Shown piece by piece: positions 6,404 to 12,682 of a stretch of 39,605 nt of DNA. Below the pieces are notes generated by a model. That model ran no database searches, was not told the DNA's origin, and worked only from the letters and a program-made list of their open reading frames with translations. Source of the DNA: a virus; IMG/VR virus record IMGVR_UViG_3300025121_000009. The stretch is one strand, 5' to 3'. The position numbers were made by a program, and so were the translations under genes. Numbering within the stretch: the first letter of the stretch is position 1; every line of letters starts with the position of its first letter.

Positions 6404-6631
6404 TTAATCAGCTTCGTACAACTTTTTACTAAAGCTCTCTTCTAGGTCTTTCATAAACCTTATCTTAACCTCGTATAACTTTTCTTTCTGCTCAATAGTC
6501 ATTTCTTTGTTCAACTCTTTTTTCAATCTTTCTCTAATTCTCATTCTCTCCTCTAACCTACTAAACACACTTGGAGTGTCTTCTGTTAGATCCACTACCC
6601 TCACACCTTTAATTGGTCTTGATATTTTCAT
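6404..6631 (-). CDS. Hypothetical protein (75 aa)
   Basis: ORF packed 2 nt after the upstream gene. No motif. Confidence 0.5.
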   Translation of the reverse strand: MKISRPIKGVRVVDLTEDTPSVFSRLEERMRIRERLKKELNKEMTIEQKEKLYEVKIRFMKDLEESFSKKLYEAD

Positions 6632-6633
6632 AT

Positions 6634-7083
6634 TTATAATTTGTTAAAGTAATCTGTTAAACCCAATATCCTAGCTCCTGCCTTATCAACAGGGTTGCCA
6701 TAGGTGTCTAAGTCTACCCACTTAAAATCTAGGTCGTAGAGAAACCTACCTATACCCCACTTAACAGCAGCTCTCTTAAAGGAATCACTAAACTCCCCCT
6801 TTTCTCCCTCAAATGGACTTGGTACCCCAGTGTCTTCTTTTGCTACCCACTCCCCACCTATTCTCAACTCAAGTTTACAAATAAGACTACCCTCTCTTCT
6901 GTAACTATCCCTCCAGTTTTCTATTCCAACTGCTCGGTCCAGTAAGTCCATAACATCTCTTGCGTCTATGTAAGCAACACATTGTGCTTTCTTTCCGTCT
7001 TTAGCTTTGCTTTGTATCTTCCACTTGTATGGAATTGCATAAGTAAGCTTTTCGGTTAATGTATATTCTTTTTTATTTTCCAT
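6634..7083 (-). CDS. Rad52/Sak-like single-strand annealing protein
   Basis: The block FSDSFKRAAVKWGIGRFLY with upstream ENWRDSY..L.L.IGGEW matches the Rad52/Rad22-type phage SSAP signature. Confidence 0.6.
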   Translation of the reverse strand: MENKKEYTLTEKLTYAIPYKWKIQSKAKDGKKAQCVAYIDARDVMDLLDRAVGIENWRDSYRREGSLICKLELRIGGEWVAKEDTGVPSPFEGEKGEFSDSFKRAAVKWGIGRFLYDLDFKWVDLDTYGNPVDKAGARILGLTDYFNKL

Positions 7084-7100
7084 CCTCTTGGTAATAAAAA

Positions 7101-7292
7101 TTATCTAACTATCTTGTAAACACGATTTAACATTTCTATTAAATCAAATAGATCATCAGCTGTTAGTGATAACCTAACCCCACCAAAGTCTATTGTGAAA
7201 TGCTTAAACCCCCTATCAACTACAAGTGTGAGTTCATCTCCGCCATACCTATTTTGTAGTATGATGGTCTTACTTTGTACTTGTTCTTTCAT
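7101..7292 (-). CDS. Hypothetical protein (63 aa)
   Basis: ORF downstream of the promoter at 7326-7354. Confidence 0.5.
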   Translation of the reverse strand: MKEQVQSKTIILQNRYGGDELTLVVDRGFKHFTIDFGGVRLSLTADDLFDLIEMLNRVYKIVR

Positions 7293-7325
7293 ATTAAATA
7301 ATAAGTAATAATTTATATTGTTTAC

Positions 7326-7354
7326 ATATTACACCAACTTAAAAGCAGTGTCAA
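7326..7354 (-). promoter_or_regulatory. Sigma70-like promoter TTGACA-N17-TAATAT upstream of gene 7101..7292
   Basis: The minus strand reads TTGACACTGCTTTTAAGTTGGTGTAATATGTAAACAATATAAAT. Confidence 0.5.
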
Positions 7355-7535
7355 CAAGGATATTATCCTCTAGTAATTGTATTTCCTCTACATAAAATCT
7401 ATCATCTGAACTCTTGTTATGCTCAATACTTATGATTTGTGCAGCTTTTATATTATCAACTGTTCTTATAACTTTGTCGGTTGCCATTCTTTTAGGAAAC
7501 TGTGTGTACTTTTTAACTCTGTAAATCTTAAACAT
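7329..7535 (-). CDS. Hypothetical protein (68 aa)
   Basis: ORF on the common strand. No motif. Confidence 0.45.
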   Translation of the reverse strand: MFKIYRVKKYTQFPKRMATDKVIRTVDNIKAAQIISIEHNKSSDDRFYVEEIQLLEDNILVDTAFKLV

Positions 7536-7552
7536 GAAAATAAAAATAAAAA

Positions 7553-7801
7553 TTAAATAGTTTCTATTACACTCTTGGTAACTAGCTTGTCATCATCTCC
7601 CTGTAGCCACTTCCAGAAGTTTATGTAATTGGTAGACCTTCTTGTAAACCCATAATCACCATACTCTCTATCAAATAGCATTAGTTTTTCTTGTATTGCA
7701 TATTCAACCCTACTTCTAGGTGCAGTGCCTAGTGTCATAGAGTGTAAATGCTCAACCCCATTAACACTAACCTTTGTAACAAACAACTGTTTCTTTTTCA
7801 T
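7553..7801 (-). CDS. Hypothetical protein (82 aa)
   Basis: ATGA overlap with the upstream gene. Confidence 0.5.
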   Translation of the reverse strand: MKKKQLFVTKVSVNGVEHLHSMTLGTAPRSRVEYAIQEKLMLFDREYGDYGFTRRSTNYINFWKWLQGDDDKLVTKSVIETI

Positions 7802-8331
7802 TTGGTGTATTGATCTAATAACTTAGCTGTTCTCTTCTTTTCCTCTACTAACCAATCAAAGGGTAAACTCTCTTCTATTTCTGATTTCTTATTTAGGATT
7901 TCTGATTTCTTATTTTTGTTTTCTGATTTATGATTTATGGTTTCTAGGAGTATAGGGGTACTATATATACTACTATCTATACTAGTATCAGACAGTAGTG
8001 TATCAATTACCACTCTTGGAATACATTCAATCTCTTTAATAAAAGCGACTTGGTTCTTTGGAGAGTTCCTATACGAATTATATTTCTCAATATTAGGAAT
8101 AAACACCCACCCCATACAAAAGATTGCTTTGGGTTTTAACTCACCTTTGGTTTTCTCTGATATTTGAAACCCCATATCAAACTCCAACTCTCTGTCCGTC
8201 AGCTCATAGATACCTGATATGTTGATCTTGTCGTTTGTTAAAAGATAGAGCCAAAGGAATTTAGCCTCTTTAGATAAATTAGCAAACCACAAGTCCTTCC
8301 AAACCTTTGTGTGTATGATTCTTGTTTTCAT
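7798..8331 (-). CDS. Putative replisome-organizer / replication-initiation-like protein
   Basis: The N-terminus HTKVWKDLWF..LSKEAKFLWLYLLTNDKINISGIYE resembles the N-terminal winged-helix domain of phage replisome organizers. Supported by weak motifs and context only. Confidence 0.35.
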   Translation of the reverse strand: MKTRIIHTKVWKDLWFANLSKEAKFLWLYLLTNDKINISGIYELTDRELEFDMGFQISEKTKGELKPKAIFCMGWVFIPNIEKYNSYRNSPKNQVAFIKEIECIPRVVIDTLLSDTSIDSSIYSTPILLETINHKSENKNKKSEILNKKSEIEESLPFDWLVEEKKRTAKLLDQYTK

Positions 8332-8348
8332 TTTTGCTTGGTCTTAAA

Positions 8349-8444
8349 TTAAATAGCCAAATAAGAGAGTTGGCGACCAAGCGTGGAAACCAACCCCCTT
8401 ATTTGAATATCTAACTTTGAAACATTTTGCTTGGTCTTTTTCAT
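8349..8444 (-). CDS. Possible 31-codon leader ORF in the 5' region of gene 7798..8331
   Basis: Encodes MKKTKQNVSKLDIQIRGLVSTLGRQLSYLAI. It has no SD and spans two of the three GACCAAGC/GCTTGGTC segments. Confidence 0.2.
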   Translation of the reverse strand: MKKTKQNVSKLDIQIRGLVSTLGRQLSYLAI

Positions 8445-8543
8445 ACTAAATCTAATATATATCCATTTTTAAACGATGTAAATAGGGTTGTAGTAAATAA
8501 TTAGGGGATAGTGTTATACATAAAATGTCGGGTCAATAATGAA

Positions 8544-8945
8544 CTACATTACCAATTTTGAACTACCATCTCCCTCTAGGGACTCCTCGCTATCATATAT
8601 AGGTTGAACACGATAACTCCTTGTAAAAGAGAACTTATTATCAATGGTTTTATCAATAGGTTTCATACCAGATACCAATAGGTCGTTTAGCCTTTTATCT
8701 AGTTGTCTTCTTGTGGAAATCATTTGCTCCTTCACTACGGTCCTAATTAAATCTTTGGTTGCCTTTTCTTGTTTAGGTGTGAGATTAAGGGTTTCTACTA
8801 GTGTTAATATTTTTCCCAACAAATTATTTTGTATTTCTGTTAACTCCCATTCAACCTGTACTGGAAAATAATACACATCTGGAATAAATTGTTCTGGAAC
8901 TTTAGGTTGTGAAGCACCACTGCTGTTTTGTTGTTTGTTTGACAT
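8544..8945 (-). CDS. Hypothetical protein (133 aa)
   Basis: An ORF with its own TATAAT element and 5' UTR repeats. It is flanked by inverted 10-mers. Confidence 0.55.
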   Translation of the reverse strand: MSNKQQNSSGASQPKVPEQFIPDVYYFPVQVEWELTEIQNNLLGKILTLVETLNLTPKQEKATKDLIRTVVKEQMISTRRQLDKRLNDLLVSGMKPIDKTIDNKFSFTRSYRVQPIYDSEESLEGDGSSKLVM

Positions 8946-8995
8946 AACATTACTGAACTAAACTTAAAATTGAACTAAACTTGACCCGACTATTT

Positions 8996-9004
8996 ATTAT
9001 ACAA
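8996..9004 (-). promoter_or_regulatory. -10 element TTGTATAAT upstream of gene 8544..8945
   Basis: The minus strand reads TTGTATAAT followed by a UTR of about 44 nt that carries two copies of AAGTTTAGTTCA (8954-8965 and 8971-8982). Confidence 0.4.
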
Positions 9005-9024
9005 CATTGTTAAAAGGAGATGGT

Positions 9025-9077
9025 GAGGGGGTTGCCAATACGAGTACAAGTACAAGATATAAGAAGCAAACCCCCTC
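9025..9077 (-). terminator. Long-loop hairpin after the HNH gene (possible terminator or protein-binding site)
   Basis: GAGGGGGTT pairs with AACCCCCTC (9 bp). The 35-nt loop contains CTTGTACTTGTACTCGTA. CTCCTTTT follows the hairpin. Confidence 0.25.
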
Positions 9078-9082
9078 TTTGG

Positions 9083-9343
9083 TTAAATTGGATTACCATA
9101 ATTATCAGACACCTTTAAGCCCCACTTTGCGTTATACTTCCTATGGCACTCTAAACACCAACCTACACAATTATCTTTTGTGTTTTTCCCTCCCTTACAT
9201 TTTGGTTTTTTGTGATGGATTGTTAAGTTCCTTTCGTGGTATTTTCTACCGCAACATAAACAGATACAATCTTGAGATACCTTAATTTCGTGTTTCCAGT
9301 CTAGCTTGGGTTCTCGTTGAACGTGCGTTTTGTGTTTGGACAC
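9083..9343 (-). CDS. HNH endonuclease
   Basis: Motif CLCCGRKYHERNLTIHHKKPKCKGGKNTKDNCVGWCLECH. GTG start preceded by ACGAGGTG. Confidence 0.75.
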   Translation of the reverse strand: MSKHKTHVQREPKLDWKHEIKVSQDCICLCCGRKYHERNLTIHHKKPKCKGGKNTKDNCVGWCLECHRKYNAKWGLKVSDNYGNPI

Positions 9344-9344
9344 A

Positions 9345-9524
9345 TCACACCTCGTCTTCTGGGGGTACTAATCTCATCTTTTGCAAGATGGTTAGGTTGT
9401 GCATTACAGCGTACATAATGCATACCACGACAAGAAATCCGTCTGAAGTCATACAAAGGTACAACTCGCAGTCGTAGGATTCCTCCTTACCACAGTCAAT
9501 ACATGGTAGGACTTTAATAGGCAT
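9345..9524 (-). CDS. Small Cys-rich protein (59 aa from the ATG; the track start at 9530 is TTG)
   Basis: AAAGGAG lies 7 nt upstream of the ATG at 9524. Contains CIDCGKEESYDCELYLC. Confidence 0.45.
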   Translation of the reverse strand: MPIKVLPCIDCGKEESYDCELYLCMTSDGFLVVVCIMYAVMHNLTILQKMRLVPPEDEV

Positions 9525-9808
9525 TTCCAATCTCCTTTTTAAAGAACTTGAGGTATTACCTCTTGAGGCTCAGAATTGAACACTCAACAGAGTTGGTAAT
9601 GGCGCAGTAAGTCCTAGTTGTAGTCTACAAGATTGAGTGTGCTAGTTATGTGTATTACCAACCCTATTAAGTTTTCAACGAGCCTTAAACACCTTCCTGT
9701 CTTTAAACTCCGATTTTTTCCCAGGGTTCCATTGGCTAATGGGTCTAATGTAACCCACTATTCTTGAATAAACCTCACATCTTTGTCTTGTTATCATGTT
9801 TCTATGTC

Positions 9809-10840
9809 TTAAATATAACCTTTCATTGTTTCAAGCATTTCCTCATTACTTGAGCATACCCTTACCATTTTCCTATCATGGTTTAATACTATCCAGTTAC
9901 AACCAAGTTGCTCTGCTGTTATAGGCGTATAGCCTTGATCCTTACCATAAGCGTCTAGTTTTTTAAATGTCTTTCCATTAACAAGGGCAACCTTTCTAGC
10001 ACCACCACCATACTCAGGTTGGTATATAACACTCTCTCCAGGCTTGTGGGTATGTCCTGCCATGATAATGTCTGCACCTTGTAACTCTCTGTTGGCCCTG
10101 CTTTCTTGGTGAGTAGGGTTATACATACTTTCTCCCCTAAACCTATGTGCCATCATAAGCCTATAAGGTATCTTACCTACTGTTAAATCAACAAAACTAA
10201 CACCACGAAGTAGAGGTCTTTGTGTATGATTACTAAACTCTATGTAATTGGTTACGCCACTCTTTCTAGCCCAGCTCTCATGGTTACCAACAATACCAGC
10301 TAATATATTATCTGAACCTATCCAAGAAAGTAGTTTGTGCATGTAAACATATTGTTCTTGCATGTTTAGTATCTCTTCCCCATAGTCAAAGAAAAGAGAG
10401 TCTGTTATATCTCCTGCTGTTATACAATAGGCTAGGGGGTGTTCTTTAATAATCCTTCCTGTTTCTTTTAAAAGCTCATAGTCTATTCCTGCATTTCCAA
10501 TGTGCAGGTCTGATAGGAAAGCTATTGCTATTGGTTTGTTGGTTTCTATACTAATTTCAACATGTCTTTTCTCACCCTCAACTCTTTCCCTAAAGTCTGA
10601 TCTACGCAAAGCCTCTTCGTGGAAGTCCTCAAAAGTTAAGTTTGCAGGCATAGAGCCTTCTTCAATTTCTATTCTTGCTTTCTGTAAGTAACTTTGTTCA
10701 ATTTCCCTCTTTGACTCAAAACTATCCTCTTTGTTTGATTTGTATATACCCTCGGTTTCTAGGCTAGACATGGTGTTTGGTAGTGTAATTTTAATGGTGG
10801 GTTGTTTTGGTTTGTTTTTACTTCCTCGTGGTCTACTCAT
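9809..10840 (-). CDS. Calcineurin-like metallophosphoesterase
   Basis: Ordered motifs DLHIGN, GDITD, GNHE and GHTH, with a basic N-terminal tail. Confidence 0.8.
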   Translation of the reverse strand: MSRPRGSKNKPKQPTIKITLPNTMSSLETEGIYKSNKEDSFESKREIEQSYLQKARIEIEEGSMPANLTFEDFHEEALRRSDFRERVEGEKRHVEISIETNKPIAIAFLSDLHIGNAGIDYELLKETGRIIKEHPLAYCITAGDITDSLFFDYGEEILNMQEQYVYMHKLLSWIGSDNILAGIVGNHESWARKSGVTNYIEFSNHTQRPLLRGVSFVDLTVGKIPYRLMMAHRFRGESMYNPTHQESRANRELQGADIIMAGHTHKPGESVIYQPEYGGGARKVALVNGKTFKKLDAYGKDQGYTPITAEQLGCNWIVLNHDRKMVRVCSSNEEMLETMKGYI

Positions 10841-10841
10841 G

Positions 10842-10982
10842 TTAGAAATTAGCTAGTGTAATTACAAGTTTAGAAAAAAGTAGGGCAATAGCCCTAGTAA
10901 AATCACAAAGTATAATCCAAAATATGCAACACACGACTATCGCAAATAGTAGGGAAATAATACACACCGTGTTCTTGTTCAT
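10842..10982 (-). CDS. Small membrane protein (46 aa, below the track cutoff)
   Basis: Hand translation: MNKNTVCIISLLFAIVVCCIFWIILCDFTRAIALLFSKLVITLANF. The stop lies 1 nt before the next ATG. Confidence 0.4.
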   Translation of the reverse strand: MNKNTVCIISLLFAIVVCCIFWIILCDFTRAIALLFSKLVITLANF

Positions 10983-11015
10983 GTTCGAGCAGTTTAAGTT
11001 AGTGTTGTTTTGGTG

Positions 11016-11246
11016 TTATTTTGTTCCGTTTTCTCCTTTTATATATGCTGAAACCCCATATATAAGGGTGTTAATTAATAAATAAACCCCAAGTGTTGCC
11101 CAAGTTGGAAGTTCAACTTCAGCAACAACATCCAAAAGTCCTGTTAAGAAAAATGTTGCAGTTCCAGATATTAAAATCCATTTTGAGGCTTTTAACACCT
11201 TAACACCTGCAAACTCAGCTCTCGCCGTATTAGTTAGCTCACTCAT
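11016..11246 (-). CDS. Holin candidate (76 aa, two TM segments)
   Basis: Two hydrophobic spans and a position next to the M23 peptidase gene. Confidence 0.45.
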   Translation of the reverse strand: MSELTNTARAEFAGVKVLKASKWILISGTATFFLTGLLDVVAEVELPTWATLGVYLLINTLIYGVSAYIKGENGTK

Positions 11247-11322
11247 TGCACCTTTTAAAAAAAATTAAACTAATCATCCCGAAAAACAACCCTAACGCAA
11301 TTATTAAATATATCCAATCCAT
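11239..11322 (-). CDS. Small TM peptide (27 aa, below the track cutoff)
   Basis: Encodes MDWIYLIIALGLFFGMISLIFFKRCNE. TAATG overlap with the peptidase stop. Confidence 0.35.
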   Translation of the reverse strand: MDWIYLIIALGLFFGMISLIFFKRCNE

Positions 11323-12098
11323 TATTTTCTGTTAAATAAATTATGCAAAATATCTGCAATACGATTAATCCATGTGTCCCGACCAGCTTTCAACTCATTA
11401 AGTTCTGTTACCACCTTTTTATGTTCTGCTTGCCAATAATCCCTTGATGTTTTTAACCCTGCTATATCTTCTTCTGCTTGAACCAACTCTTCCTGTCTAA
11501 TTGCTAAAGTTCCCTCTAAAAAGCCAACCCTCTCTTTTGCAAGGTTTAAATCTATAACCAACTGTGCGTTGGTATCTGTAACCTGTTTCACGGTACCTTC
11601 AAGCCCCGTTACCACCCCCTGTAGCCTCTTTACCTCATCTTCACATGGCGTTGGTTGTGGGGGCTGTGGCGGCTCTACAATAGCGTCTCCTAAAACATAG
11701 GGTGCTGGGTCTATTGCAACCCCTGAAGAGTTGAGTAAAACATAGTGTAAGTGATCCCCAACTGAATTGCCCGAGTTCCCTGTTCTGTATACTTGTTGTC
11801 CAACTGAAACTCTATCTCCCTTATTAACTACCTTGTCGGCTACATACCCATGAAAATGTCTACTAGTCATTCCGTTATCGTACTTAATATAAACAACTAA
11901 AGAATTAACCCATGCCTTACCTGCTGAATCTGTGTATGAAGTAGCAACATATGATACTGTGCCAGCTCCTAGTTTGTTTGGTGAATAAATAGCGTTTCTA
12001 GTTTTGTAGTTTCCTAGGTCAATAGCCTTGTGTGTGGATTTGAATGGCGTGGTAACATGAACATTACCTTTAAATAACGAACTGTATATCTCTGCCAT
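11322..12098 (-). CDS. M23-family peptidoglycan peptidase (endolysin or virion lysin) with a C-terminal coiled coil
   Basis: Motifs HKAIDL, HFHG and GNSGNSVGDHLHY (HxxxD and HxH). PPQPPQP linker followed by a heptad-rich tail. Confidence 0.75.
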   Translation of the reverse strand: MAEIYSSLFKGNVHVTTPFKSTHKAIDLGNYKTRNAIYSPNKLGAGTVSYVATSYTDSAGKAWVNSLVVYIKYDNGMTSRHFHGYVADKVVNKGDRVSVGQQVYRTGNSGNSVGDHLHYVLLNSSGVAIDPAPYVLGDAIVEPPQPPQPTPCEDEVKRLQGVVTGLEGTVKQVTDTNAQLVIDLNLAKERVGFLEGTLAIRQEELVQAEEDIAGLKTSRDYWQAEHKKVVTELNELKAGRDTWINRIADILHNLFNRK

Positions 12099-12124
12099 GT
12101 AAGTTTGTTTAAACTTAATAGTAT

Positions 12125-12133
12125 ATTATACCA
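12125..12133 (-). promoter_or_regulatory. Extended -10 promoter TGGTATAAT (lysis genes)
   Basis: The minus strand reads GTGGTATAATATACTAT, 26 nt before the ATG at 12098. Confidence 0.55.
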
Positions 12134-12286
12134 CTTCCCCTATTCCACTCCCCCACTCTGCTGGGTATATCCCCTATTTTACAAAAACATTGGTAATACA
12201 ACACTTTTAATATCCCCCTACTGGGGAAAACCCCCTACTACACTCTACTCTACCGATGTTGTAAAATATTAAACTGTAATAGTATT

Positions 12287-12664
12287 TTATCGTGTATGTA
12301 CTAAGCTTGTTAGCCAGTCTGCAATAGTATTCCCGAAACTTAGTATAAAAACAATTGCACCACCTATTCCTGCAATTACTTTATTATTTGTTTTAAGGCT
12401 GGTTATACTTTTCTCAAACCCCTCGTATTCCTTCATACTAATGTTTACAACACCCTGAAAAGCTCTGAACTCGTCTTTGGTAACATAATTTTCCATTATA
12501 TCTTTAAAAACACTAGGTAGGTCTGTCATTAGTTTGTCAGTTTTACCATCCATTTTGTCTAGTTTAACATCCACTGCATCCACCTTTTCTTTTAAATAGG
12601 ACACATCTTTTTGTACCCCTGTTATTTGTATCTCTAAACTAGCAGTCTTTTGCTCCATGTTCAT
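12287..12664 (-). CDS. Coiled-coil protein with a C-terminal TM anchor
   Basis: C-terminal VIAGIGGAIVFILSFGNTIADWL. Function unknown. Confidence 0.5.
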   Translation of the reverse strand: MNMEQKTASLEIQITGVQKDVSYLKEKVDAVDVKLDKMDGKTDKLMTDLPSVFKDIMENYVTKDEFRAFQGVVNISMKEYEGFEKSITSLKTNNKVIAGIGGAIVFILSFGNTIADWLTSLVHTR

Positions 12665-12682
12665 GTTCTCTATCGTGTTATA

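Noticed and set aside
9560-9600. The GTTCAATTC string (minus strand) resembles a tRNA T-loop and suggested a second tRNA in the 9531-9808 gap.
   Set aside because: The flanking bases do not form a T-stem (GAGTG versus CTGAG). No acceptor or anticodon arms could be drawn.
10820-10840. ACGAGG motifs inside coding sequence (for example 10823-10828, 12422-12427, 15286-15291, 32456-32461) might be extra regulatory boxes.
   Set aside because: They lie within ORFs encoding ..YEE.. or ..PRG.. peptides, with no TATAAT upstream and no ATG at the 25-nt distance. They are probably chance or codon-driven.
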